Of a stretch of 64,000 nt of DNA, positions 18,708 through 27,700 are shown one piece after another. The stretch comes from Spirochaetia bacterium (lineage in GTDB: Bacteria > Spirochaetota > Spirochaetia > DSM-27196 > Salinispiraceae). The first letter of the stretch is position 1; each line of letters starts with the position of its first letter. The position numbers and the translations under genes were made by a program. The stretch covers positions 128,001 to 192,000 of the forward strand of contig JBBRCZ010000001.1 of assembly GCA_038204425.1 (NCBI GenBank), written 5' to 3'. The notes below the pieces were generated by a model. It was not told the origin of the DNA and searched no databases. It saw nothing but the letters and a program-made list of their open reading frames with translations.

Positions 18708-20201
18708 ATGGCACAAAAAATTAGCATTGTTGGAGCAGGTTTTGGTGGTTTGGCGAGTGCTATCCTACTCGCTGCGCAGGGATGGCAGGTAACGATCTAC
18801 GAAAAAAACGATTCAGTGGGCGGCAGAGCTCGCGTGTGGAAAAAAGACGGTTACACAGTCGACATGGGACCAAGTTGGTACTTGATGCCAGAAGTCTTTG
18901 AGAACTTCTTTAGTAAGCTAAATCGCAAACGAACAGACTACTATCAACTAAATAAGCTTGATCCCTACTATCGTATTTTTTTTGCCGATGGTGACACAGT
19001 GGATATTAAGGATGACAAAGAACACAATCGGCAAGTCTTTGCTAGATTAGAACCCGGCGGTGACGTAAAACTTGATAGCTACCTATCGGAGGCATCTTAT
19101 AAATATAAAGTTGCTATGGATCAGTTTTTGTACCGGGACTACCGGTCTATATTCCAGTTTTTAAACAGAAAGCTGATTGTCGAAGGCAGCAAACTTGGAA
19201 TTTTTAAAAGCCTTGATCGATACGCTAAAAAGTTTTTTAGCTCCAAAAAGGCCAGACAAATTCTAGAATATGCCATGGTTTTTCTGGGCAACAGTCCTGA
19301 AAATGCACCGGCCCTCTATTCAATCATGAGCCATGTTGATCTAAACTTGGGTGTTTTCTTTCCACAAGGTGGCATGGCTGCTTTGGTTGCAGGCTTGGAA
19401 AAACTGGCATTGGAACTTGGTGTAGTTATTAAAACAAATCAAGCAGTCCAAGCGATTGTCTGTAAGGATGGCTTGGCACAAGCCCTTCAGATCGATGGGC
19501 AGCAGCATGCTTGCGACTACGTGCTCGCCAACGCCGACTATGCCCATGTTGAACTTGACCTTCTCGACCAAAGGCATAGGACTTTCAAAAAGAGCTTCTG
19601 GCAAAAAAAAGTCTTGGCGCCAACAATGTTTATCATCTATTTGGGACTCAACAAAAAACTAAAGTCAGTTGTTCATCACAATCTCTACTTTGCTACAGAT
19701 TGGGAAAATCATTTTGACACTATATTTAAGACAAAAATCTGGCCAGACGATCCATGTTACTACGTCAGTGTTGCGTCGTATGATGACCTATCGGTTGCGC
19801 CAAAAAACAAAGAGAATGTCTTTTTTCTGGTGCCGGTAGCGCCTGGCTTGGATGACAATGACGAGTTTAGGCAGGTCTATGCCAAAAAAATATTGGATCA
19901 CTTTGAAAAAATCAGCGGTGAGTCACTCACGGACAGCGTTGATTTTATGAGGCTCTATTCACATAGAGACTTTATTGCTGACTACAATGCTTATCAAGGA
20001 AGTGCATTGGGTCTATCGCATACTTTAATGCAGACGGCAATTTTTAGACCATCAATGCGCTCCAAAAAAGTGAAGAATTTATTTTACGCCGGTCAATACA
20101 CCCACCCAGGTGTTGGGGTTCCGATGACGTTAATAGCTGCAGATATAATTAGCGGCATTTTTTCCGATCTAAAAAGTAAATCAAAAAAGGGGATGTCCTA
20201 A
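18708..20201 (+). CDS. crtI: Phytoene desaturase (CrtI family)
   Basis: FAD motif IVGAGFGGL, EKN...GGRA, DMGPSWYLMP, FPQGGM, HHNLYF, GSALGLSHTLMQT, NLFYAGQYTHPG.GVP; start moved to ATG 18708. Confidence 0.92.
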   Translation: MAQKISIVGAGFGGLASAILLAAQGWQVTIYEKNDSVGGRARVWKKDGYTVDMGPSWYLMPEVFENFFSKLNRKRTDYYQLNKLDPYYRIFFADGDTVDIKDDKEHNRQVFARLEPGGDVKLDSYLSEASYKYKVAMDQFLYRDYRSIFQFLNRKLIVEGSKLGIFKSLDRYAKKFFSSKKARQILEYAMVFLGNSPENAPALYSIMSHVDLNLGVFFPQGGMAALVAGLEKLALELGVVIKTNQAVQAIVCKDGLAQALQIDGQQHACDYVLANADYAHVELDLLDQRHRTFKKSFWQKKVLAPTMFIIYLGLNKKLKSVVHHNLYFATDWENHFDTIFKTKIWPDDPCYYVSVASYDDLSVAPKNKENVFFLVPVAPGLDDNDEFRQVYAKKILDHFEKISGESLTDSVDFMRLYSHRDFIADYNAYQGSALGLSHTLMQTAIFRPSMRSKKVKNLFYAGQYTHPGVGVPMTLIAADIISGIFSDLKSKSKKGMS

Positions 20202-21080
20202 ATGGCAGTACACCCAGAACAAGTGGAAACCTTCAAAAAGGGTAGTACCACGTACTTCAATTCCAGTCTATTTTTTCCGCCCCATGTTCGTGACGATGTA
20301 GTTAGGCTCTATGCCTTTGTTAGAGTCGCCGACAACTTTGTCGACGCTCAACCGCAAGATAGTCAAGGATTTCTACAATTTAGAAAAAGTTGGGAATTGT
20401 CTAATCGAGGGCAGCGATCCGGAAATTTAATTATTGATGATTTTGTGGGCTTGTCAAAAGAATATGCATTTGAGGAGGCGTGGACTATTGCCTTCTTGGA
20501 TTCAATGCAAGCAGACCTTAGTATCGGGCGTTATGAAACCATAGAACAATTGCTTGCTTATATTTACGGAAGCGCGGAAGTCATAGGTTTGTACATGGCT
20601 CGCATTCTTGGCCTTTCTGAAAAAGCTGCCAGTGCAGCCTGCATGCAAGGCAGGGCCATGCAAATGATCAACTTCATTCGCGATGTATATGAGGATCATC
20701 AATTGGGGCGCTACTATTTGCCCATGAGCGAAACCACTTTAGAAGAACTTTCTCCCACCGTAGTTTTTGCAGCCCGGCAAGAGTATCAAAGATTTGTAAG
20801 GGCACAACTTGAGCGCTATCTTGACTGGCAAAGTCAAGCTGAACAAGGTTATAGCTATATTCCATGGCGTTTTTTGATTCCTGTTAAAACCGCCAGTGAT
20901 ATGTACAATTGGACTGCGCGCCGGATTGCAAAACAACCCTTGATTGCCTTTGAAACCAAAATTAAGCCCCCAAAATGGCGTATTGTCCTTCAAGTCTTAG
21001 TTAATGTGGTAATTTGTCGCTTTTTGACCAAGGCCAAGCTTGGGCCTGTAACAACTAATAGGGGGTCAATCGGTGTTTGA
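20202..21080 (+). CDS. crtB: Phytoene synthase
   Basis: S.TYF.SS..F, LYAFVRVADNFVD, F..SM.AD, YIYGSAEVIGL, A.Q..NFIRDV.ED...GR.YLP; starts immediately after the crtI stop. Confidence 0.92.
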   Translation: MAVHPEQVETFKKGSTTYFNSSLFFPPHVRDDVVRLYAFVRVADNFVDAQPQDSQGFLQFRKSWELSNRGQRSGNLIIDDFVGLSKEYAFEEAWTIAFLDSMQADLSIGRYETIEQLLAYIYGSAEVIGLYMARILGLSEKAASAACMQGRAMQMINFIRDVYEDHQLGRYYLPMSETTLEELSPTVVFAARQEYQRFVRAQLERYLDWQSQAEQGYSYIPWRFLIPVKTASDMYNWTARRIAKQPLIAFETKIKPPKWRIVLQVLVNVVICRFLTKAKLGPVTTNRGSIGV

Positions 21081-22146
21081 TTTACTTGCCAAAGCCAAAC
21101 CTTTGCTTAAAGAACAGTTACACGACTTTCTCTCAAAAAAAAGGCTAGAAACTGACAAGGTTGGACAATGGTCTTTGGATCTTATAGATAGACTTGAGGA
21201 CTATACGTGTCGAGGTAAAATGATTAGAGGCGCTTTGGTAGAATTTGGACATGGACTCTTTGCTAATTCGACTCAGTCCAGTAAGGACCACCTTGCCTGC
21301 TTGCAGGTTGGTGTTGCTATGGAACTGTTTCAAAGTATGTTGCTGATTCATGATGACATAATGGACCAAGATGATCAACGGCGAGGTCAGCCGTCTATTC
21401 ACGCGCAGTACCGAAATATAGAAAGTATTAAGAACTTAAGTGAATCAAACCGGCTGTCCGAGTCGATGGGGATATGCGTCGGTGATGTTGCATCATTTTT
21501 TGCTTTTGAGGTTTTGGCATCTTTGGATTTGGACCATCAACTGGTGCGAAAGCTTTTGGTATTTTGTGGAAAAGAACTGGCCTTGGTAGGTATTGCGCAA
21601 ATGAATGACGTCTACCACGGCACTGTTGCACAGGAACTCGATAAAGAAGCGATCCTGTCAATATATCGCTACAAGACTGGCCGCTACACCTTTTCTTTAC
21701 CTATGATTTGTGGCGCTATCATCGCTGGCGTATCCCAAGATGAGCGTCAACAACTTGGGAAAATAGGTGAGACAATTGGGCTCATCTTTCAGATTAAGGA
21801 CGATGAGATTGGGCTTTTTGGTGCAAGCGTAAAGATTGGCAAACGACTTGGTTCAGACATTGTTGAGAACAAAAAAACATTGCATAGACTTGCTTACAAA
21901 GTCCTGCTTGAGCAGAGTGGTTACCTGCTACCGGCATGCTTTGGAAAAAAGGATGCCAGTCAGGCAGAGCTTGACCAAGTCCTGGCGGACCTAAGGCAAC
22001 GCGGCGTCGCCAAAGAAATAGATCGGGAGCTATCACAACTATCCGTTTTGGCAAGGGCAGAGATAGACGCCCTTGAGAATGTTTCAAAGGAAAAAAAAGC
22101 TAAACTTATAGATTTACTTGACTTCAATATTTCGCGAACCAGCTAG
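21073..22146 (+). CDS. crtE: Polyprenyl (probably geranylgeranyl) diphosphate synthase
   Basis: GKMIR, FARM LIHDDIMDQDDQRRG, GD, YKTGRYT, FQIKDDEIG.FG, SDIVENK; overlaps crtB. Chain length inferred from context. Confidence 0.82.
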   Translation: MFDLLAKAKPLLKEQLHDFLSKKRLETDKVGQWSLDLIDRLEDYTCRGKMIRGALVEFGHGLFANSTQSSKDHLACLQVGVAMELFQSMLLIHDDIMDQDDQRRGQPSIHAQYRNIESIKNLSESNRLSESMGICVGDVASFFAFEVLASLDLDHQLVRKLLVFCGKELALVGIAQMNDVYHGTVAQELDKEAILSIYRYKTGRYTFSLPMICGAIIAGVSQDERQQLGKIGETIGLIFQIKDDEIGLFGASVKIGKRLGSDIVENKKTLHRLAYKVLLEQSGYLLPACFGKKDASQAELDQVLADLRQRGVAKEIDRELSQLSVLARAEIDALENVSKEKKAKLIDLLDFNISRTS

Positions 22147-22164
22147 CATCCCGCTATCACACAG

Positions 22165-22749
22165 TTAGTAAGCACACATGGTTTTGGCAAAGTAACTATG
22201 TATCAAGGGATTATCACCAAGCTCGGGATGGAAGGTTGCAACCAACATGTTTTTTTGCAAGGCCAGAATAGTTTGACCGTTAAACTGTGAGCATATAACA
22301 GTATCAACAGAACAAGAACGAATAATAGGTGCTCGAATAAAGACGCAGTTTAAAACACTTGTGACCTGGTGCGGTGGCAGCGATATGTCAGCTATGGCTT
22401 CAAAACTGTCGATTTGTCGGCCATAGGCGTTTCTTACAATCACAATATCCATCACATCAAGTTTTGTTTGATCAGAATTTTCTATTTCTTTGGCCAAAAG
22501 TATTGCGCCGGCGCAGGTCCCAAAGGCGGGTAGTCCCGCCAATAAAGCTTGTTTGATTGCTTCGGTTAAGCCCCGTCGGTCCATGAGCATACCAATTGTT
22601 GTGCTCTCCCCACCTGGGATAACCAAACCGCGTAGCGAACCAAGCTGGTCAAGTTCTTTAAACGGCCGAGCGTCGATTCCCAACGAAGCGAACATTGCCA
22701 GGTGCTTGTCAAAAGCGCCTTGCAACGAAAGCACCCCAATGTATGACAC
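22165..22749 (-). CDS. pdxT: PLP synthase glutaminase subunit
   Basis: GVLSLQG, IPGGESTT, GTCAG, RNAYGRQ..SFE, FIRAP, FHPEL. Confidence 0.96.
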   Translation of the reverse strand: MSYIGVLSLQGAFDKHLAMFASLGIDARPFKELDQLGSLRGLVIPGGESTTIGMLMDRRGLTEAIKQALLAGLPAFGTCAGAILLAKEIENSDQTKLDVMDIVIVRNAYGRQIDSFEAIADISLPPHQVTSVLNCVFIRAPIIRSCSVDTVICSQFNGQTILALQKNMLVATFHPELGDNPLIHSYFAKTMCAY

Positions 22750-22754
22750 TTCTC

Positions 22755-23660
22755 TTACCAGCCGCGGCTTGAAATCTTTTCTTGCTTGTCCATGGTAGAA
22801 ACGTTGATGCCGACCATAGCTTCTCCAAGATTGCGGCTAATTTCTACTAGTTTGTCAGGATTATCGTAGTGAGCAACGGCATCAACAATGGCTCTGGCTC
22901 GTTTTAGCGGATCGCCTGATTTGAATATGCCTGAGCCAACAAAAACTGCTTGCGCACCAAGCTGCATCATCAAGGCAGCGTCGGCAGGTGTTGCTACTCC
23001 ACCAGCCGAAAAATTAGGTACGGGAAGCTTGCCCGTTTTGTGAATTTCATAAACCAGATCAAATGGAGCACCAAGATTCTTGGCTTCGGTCATTAATTGT
23101 TCTTGATCCAAGGCCTGCAGGCGACGAATGCCGTCTTTTACCGCTCTCATGTGGCGAACCGCTTCTATTACGTCACCAGTCCCGGCTTCCCCTTTGGTTC
23201 TAATCATAGCCGCGCCTTCGCCAATGCGCCGGAGGGCCTCACCAAGATCACGGCATCCACAGACAAAAGGCGATTTAAACTCATGTTTCCAAATATGATA
23301 CTGGTCATCGGCTGGCGTTAAGACTTCCGACTCATCAATAAAGTCAACGCCGAGTGCTTGCAAAATCTGCGCTTCAACAAAATGCCCAATCCGCACCTTT
23401 GCCATAACGGGTATGGTGGCAACTTTCTTAATCTTTTCAATCATATCTGGATCGCTCATACGGGCTACGCCGCCTTGAGCTCTGATGTCTGCTGGCACAC
23501 GTTCCAAGGCCATCACCGCTTGGGCGCCAGCATCTTGAGCTATTTTGGCTTGTTCAGCATCGGTGACGTCCATAATAACACCACCCTTGAGCATTTCTGC
23601 CAGTCCTACCTTAGTTTTCCAGGTAGAAACTTGGCGTTCAGACCATAAGGACGTACTCAT
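22755..23660 (-). CDS. pdxS: PLP synthase lyase subunit
   Basis: [50 protein letters not shown]-terminal RGW; start moved to ATG 23660, which follows GAGG. Confidence 0.97.
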   Translation of the reverse strand: MSTSLWSERQVSTWKTKVGLAEMLKGGVIMDVTDAEQAKIAQDAGAQAVMALERVPADIRAQGGVARMSDPDMIEKIKKVATIPVMAKVRIGHFVEAQILQALGVDFIDESEVLTPADDQYHIWKHEFKSPFVCGCRDLGEALRRIGEGAAMIRTKGEAGTGDVIEAVRHMRAVKDGIRRLQALDQEQLMTEAKNLGAPFDLVYEIHKTGKLPVPNFSAGGVATPADAALMMQLGAQAVFVGSGIFKSGDPLKRARAIVDAVAHYDNPDKLVEISRNLGEAMVGINVSTMDKQEKISSRGW

Positions 23661-23787
23661 TTGTAACCTCAATTTATATGTAAGTATGCCACTTAACTTA
23701 GTTCTTCCTGAGTGGCGATGTATTAACATAAAGGTTTTGATGGTGCAAAGTCAATTATTGTGGGTGCTTCATACAAGTTTTATCCTG

Positions 23788-23796
23788 TGATAAGCT
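23788..23796 (+). promoter_or_regulatory. Extended -10 element of yggS (leaderless geometry)
   Basis: TGaTAAGCT ending 6 nt before ATG 23803; no SD. Confidence 0.45.
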
Positions 23797-23802
23797 GATT
23801 GC

Positions 23803-24492
23803 ATGAATTTAGTTGCGCGCAGGAAAGAAGAAGCTTGTCATGCTATCGAAAGTGCTTGCAAGAGTATCGGTCGGGACGCCTCTGAAGTGAGTATCATGGC
23901 GGTGACCAAGACTCATTCTTTAGAAACTGCACAACTGGCGATAGACGCTGGTATTTCCTTGTTGGGCGAAAACCGACTTCAAGAAGCCCAGCAGAAGTTT
24001 ACACGTCCAGAGCGCTCATTTAGTCTGACCTTAATTGGACACCTTCAAAAAAATAAAGCAAAGAAAGCTGCTCTTTTCTTTGACGCTATCCACTCTGTCG
24101 ACAGCTTGGAGTGCGCACAAATGCTAGCCAAGTCATGTGAAGAAACCAACAAAACACTTGAAATACTGCTTGAGTATAAATCAAGCCAAGATCAAAATAA
24201 GACTGGCTTTGATTCCGAAGACAGTCTCAAACGCGAGCTAGATTCGATACTAGAGCTCAAGAACCTCAAGGTCGCTGGATTGATGACAATTGGACCGCTT
24301 GGCAATGACGACTACCTTAATCGGCAGGCTTTCTCTAAGACCCGCGTCTTGTTTGAAAGCATCAAGAGTTCACACAAACTGGCCGAGTGGCAAACGCTTT
24401 CGATGGGCATGTCGGGAGATTTTGTTTCCGCTGTTGAAGAAGGATCGACCTTAGTAAGGCTCGGAACCTACTTGTTTGGATCAAGACCATGA
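23803..24492 (+). CDS. yggS: YggS/PLPBP PLP-homeostasis protein
   Basis: MAVTKT (PLP Lys), GENRLQE, IGHLQKNK, HSVDS, GLMTI, LSMGMSGDF..A.EEGST.VRLG. Confidence 0.95.
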   Translation: MNLVARRKEEACHAIESACKSIGRDASEVSIMAVTKTHSLETAQLAIDAGISLLGENRLQEAQQKFTRPERSFSLTLIGHLQKNKAKKAALFFDAIHSVDSLECAQMLAKSCEETNKTLEILLEYKSSQDQNKTGFDSEDSLKRELDSILELKNLKVAGLMTIGPLGNDDYLNRQAFSKTRVLFESIKSSHKLAEWQTLSMGMSGDFVSAVEEGSTLVRLGTYLFGSRP

Positions 24493-25127
24493 TGTTCAAA
24501 AAGTTTGGTGTTTTTTCTCTTAGTTTGCTCTTTATTGGCCTTAAGGTCTTCTCACAGACAGGCACCAGCACAAGTTTGGCGACAGGCTCTACAAGCTCGA
24601 CTACCATCATAAGCAATACCTCGACTACGCTCGCCACAAGTATTGGAGCCCTGCTCAATCCACCACGAGCGCCTTACAACCCCGCTCCGTATAGGCAAGG
24701 TGAATTTCCAGAATGGGCAGAGGATCTGCGGCGTGCAGAGATTGTAGCGGTAGGAACAATTCCTTTTACCTTCTTGGTTTCGAGTATTTTCTTTGACACC
24801 TATAGGTATATCGATAAAGCATCCACGGGATCTGCTGATGCTTTGCAATACGCACCCTTTTTTATTGGCGTCTTTAATCCGAATGTTGCCAAATTGCCTT
24901 ATACCAGTGACGACATTGTAACTCTTTTTGTGAGTTCCATAATTTTTTCGGCAGTCTTGGCTGTAGTCGATAATCTGATCTTAAACGAACAGCGAGAGAG
25001 ATTGCGTAAAGAAGTAGCCGAAATCAAAAGAAGAGAAAACCAAGCAATGGTGGTCGTACCCGAAGAAGGCCAGAAACCGACCGAAGAACGAGCACCTAGT
25101 GGTACTCTTCAAACGACAGAACCATAA
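24489..25127 (+). CDS. Hypothetical membrane protein
   Basis: Signal peptide, S/T-rich linker, PY...EFP.W..DLRRAEIV..G.IPF motif, two TM helices; coupled to yggS and rluD. Confidence 0.7.
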   Translation: MMFKKFGVFSLSLLFIGLKVFSQTGTSTSLATGSTSSTTIISNTSTTLATSIGALLNPPRAPYNPAPYRQGEFPEWAEDLRRAEIVAVGTIPFTFLVSSIFFDTYRYIDKASTGSADALQYAPFFIGVFNPNVAKLPYTSDDIVTLFVSSIIFSAVLAVVDNLILNEQRERLRKEVAEIKRRENQAMVVVPEEGQKPTEERAPSGTLQTTEP

Positions 25128-26113
25128 TGGAACTGCAGCCTAAACAGACACGCAATGATAGACCAGCGCTTAAGCGTTACGTCTTGGTAGTCGACGAATG
25201 CACTGACGGAAAGCGAATCGATCAGGCCTTGGTTGGAAGAATTGATGAGCTAAGCCGTTCACAAGTTCTCAAGCGCTTGGTTTCCGTCAAGCTTGCAGGC
25301 AAACCTGTCAAGCCATCGGCTTTGGTGCGAAGCGGTGATACCCTGGAAATAGAACTGAGCATTCCACCGCTTTCTGATTCATTGATAGCCCAAGAAATGG
25401 ATTTGGACATCATCTACCAAGACCAAGACGTTTTGGTCGTCAACAAACCCTGTGGACTGGTGGTTCATCCCGCGGCTGGCAATCGGCAAGGAACTCTTGC
25501 AAATGGTCTCTTGTTCCAGCTTAATAAGGAGCAGCAGGATGACTTTGATGACGAAACCAGGCCTGGTATCGTACATCGTTTGGACAAGGATACTTCTGGC
25601 GTCATGATAACCGCCAAAAAGCAAAAATCTCTCGAGTTTTTGTCCCAACAGTTTGCGGATCGAACTAGCCGCAAGTACTATTTAGCACTAGGCCAAGGCC
25701 GCACTTTTTTTCAAACCAATCAAATAATTGACGTCCAAGGTTTTTTGGCAAGAGATAAACAGCATAGGCAAAAATTTTGTTATGACGAAAAAATTGGTAA
25801 AGCCGCACATACGGTTTTTGTAGTATTGGCCCAGTACAAAAACAAGACGTTGTTTTTAGTAAAACCCCGTACAGGTCGAACTCATCAGATCAGAGTTCAT
25901 GCCTCCAAACTTGGCGTTCCGCTTTGTGGTGATGTGCTTTATGGCAACAAAGACAACGCCAAGCGACTAATGCTTCATGCTTGGCAACTTGTGGTCAAAC
26001 TACCAAGCGACAAACAAGAGCACGTTTTTACTGCACCAGTGCCCCAGGAATTTATTGATTTTGCTCAGTCAGCTGGTTTGTCGCAGCTAAAAGCGCCAGA
26101 AGTAGACATTTAA
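25127..26113 (+). CDS. rluD: RluA/RluD-family 23S rRNA pseudouridine synthase with S4 domain
   Basis: NKPCGLVVHP, RPGIVHRLDKDTSG, TGRTHQIRVH, GD.LYG, LHA. Confidence 0.9.
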   Translation: MELQPKQTRNDRPALKRYVLVVDECTDGKRIDQALVGRIDELSRSQVLKRLVSVKLAGKPVKPSALVRSGDTLEIELSIPPLSDSLIAQEMDLDIIYQDQDVLVVNKPCGLVVHPAAGNRQGTLANGLLFQLNKEQQDDFDDETRPGIVHRLDKDTSGVMITAKKQKSLEFLSQQFADRTSRKYYLALGQGRTFFQTNQIIDVQGFLARDKQHRQKFCYDEKIGKAAHTVFVVLAQYKNKTLFLVKPRTGRTHQIRVHASKLGVPLCGDVLYGNKDNAKRLMLHAWQLVVKLPSDKQEHVFTAPVPQEFIDFAQSAGLSQLKAPEVDI

Positions 26114-26118
26114 ATAAG

Positions 26119-26691
26119 CTAGTAGATTTTTTGTTGTAGGTCTGGGTTGCAGCGTCTTTCTATCGAGAGCGTGCTCGGTGGTCCAAAGGCAGGTAGAACG
26201 AGGGTTGTATTTGCCAATTCAAAAAAACTCTCTTGAATACATTGGATGAGCAGAGCTCGGCCGTAACCTTGGTCAGCGTTGTGTACCATTCCAGCCGAAA
26301 AAAGCTCACCCGGAAACAAAAAATTATCGATATGAAAAGCAATTGAGTCAGGCAGATGCCCAGGAATAAAGAAGGGTCTAATTGCAAATCCTGCACAATC
26401 GAATACAGGCACACTCTTGATGTTGGTGATTGTGCAAGCATCAAGACTGTCGCTGCCTCCAAACACTTCAAAACTATAGATTCTTTCTAGCGTCCTGACG
26501 GCTTGTAGGCCAACTTTATCCACATGCGTAAAAAGCACAGCCTTTAGTTCTTTGCCCTGAGAATCAAGAATTTCAAAGAGCGGAAGATCGACCCGCTTTG
26601 GGTCTATCAAAATTGCCTCTTTTTTGTTGTCTTGACTGACGATGTATGAGTTGCTCAACGATTCAGGCGAAAAATAAATCTGAACATTCAT
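26119..26691 (-). CDS. MBL-fold (glyoxalase II-like) protein with degenerate metal site
   Basis: NSYIV, ILIDP, VLFTH, IPGH..DS, LFPGE, P.FGP.STL..E; HxHxDH is replaced by HVDKVG. Confidence 0.7.
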   Translation of the reverse strand: MNVQIYFSPESLSNSYIVSQDNKKEAILIDPKRVDLPLFEILDSQGKELKAVLFTHVDKVGLQAVRTLERIYSFEVFGGSDSLDACTITNIKSVPVFDCAGFAIRPFFIPGHLPDSIAFHIDNFLFPGELFSAGMVHNADQGYGRALLIQCIQESFFELANTTLVLPAFGPPSTLSIERRCNPDLQQKIY

Positions 26692-27269
26692 ATAAAGAAC
26701 GCGTCCTCGGCATTGGAGTATTGAAAAGAATAGATTAGTGCATCAGCTTTGCTAAAATACACTCCTTTAAGATTGCAGTCTTCAAATAGAGTTTCCGAGA
26801 ACTCAGTAGCAATAAATCGATTGTACATTAAATCATTGCTATAGAAATGTATATTGTTTCCTGTGGCTCCGTTGAAGTTGCATTGAATAACATCTGACTC
26901 CGCAATTTTAAACTGCACCAAATGTGCGCAACCAAAAACGGATTCAATAATCTTGCAATGATCAAAATGGCCCTTTTCAAAGACAGCGTCGTCAAAAAAA
27001 ACAAAAGCGAACTGACAGTTTTTCCATGTGCAATTGGTAAAACTGGCTTGAGAAAAATCGCAGTTAACAAACACTTTACCAAAGAAATCAAAATCTTTTA
27101 TCACTAAGCCCGAAAAATTGAGGTTCTGAACTAAGTTTTCGTGCTCTAAGAAGCTGCATGCAGCAGTTTGCAATGCGTCACCTTGATGATGATGGCTAAG
27201 GCAATAGATTTCATCTTTGAATATGGTCTTTGAGCATCCTGGTTGCAAACATTGAACTCGTTTAATCAT
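26688..27269 (-). CDS. Pentapeptide-repeat protein with N-terminal Cys/His cluster
   Basis: C..PGC...YC..H followed by five-residue periodicity (NFSGL, CDFSQ, ASFTN, CNFNG, CNLKG); start moved to ATG 27269. Confidence 0.8.
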   Translation of the reverse strand: MIKRVQCLQPGCSKTIFKDEIYCLSHHHQGDALQTAACSFLEHENLVQNLNFSGLVIKDFDFFGKVFVNCDFSQASFTNCTWKNCQFAFVFFDDAVFEKGHFDHCKIIESVFGCAHLVQFKIAESDVIQCNFNGATGNNIHFYSNDLMYNRFIATEFSETLFEDCNLKGVYFSKADALIYSFQYSNAEDAFFI

Positions 27270-27276
27270 CAATCTT

Positions 27277-27305
27277 ACCATAAGCCGATAGACAAGCTTT
27301 CGCAA
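27277..27305 (-). promoter_or_regulatory. Candidate sigma70 promoter of the pentapeptide gene (leaderless geometry)
   Basis: Minus strand TTGCGA (27305-300), 17 nt, TATGGT (27282-77), 7 nt, ATG 27269. Confidence 0.45.
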
Positions 27306-27383
27306 GGGTATCGAGCTTTCATTGCACTATCCTTCCTACAATTACTACTTGTGATACGTCATCAAGACGGAGTACACTACGGT

Positions 27384-27692
27384 ATGGCATCGTGTTATCA
27401 TTGTGGGACCTTGATTCTGACCTTAAGTTTGATCGGACGAACAAGTGAATGTGAAAAATGTCACGCCGATTTGAGGGTTTGCAAGAACTGCGCATGGTAC
27501 GCGCCAGGGCAACACTGGGACTGCCACGAGAATATTCCCGAAGCAGTAACTGACAAACAACGTGGCAATTTTTGTGACTACTTCCGCCTCAATGACAATA
27601 GTCCAAATGGTGGCACAAACAAGACTTCTCAAGGCGAGCAGATTGCTCGATCCCGTTTTAAGGCACTTTTTGATGATACTCCTGGGGAATAA
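27384..27692 (+). CDS. Small Cys-rich zinc-finger protein of unknown function
   Basis: CYHCG, CEKC, CKNC..Y, C.E, NFCDYF, ending LF; start moved to ATG 27384. Confidence 0.75.
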   Translation: MASCYHCGTLILTLSLIGRTSECEKCHADLRVCKNCAWYAPGQHWDCHENIPEAVTDKQRGNFCDYFRLNDNSPNGGTNKTSQGEQIARSRFKALFDDTPGE

Positions 27693-27700
27693 TTGAAAAC

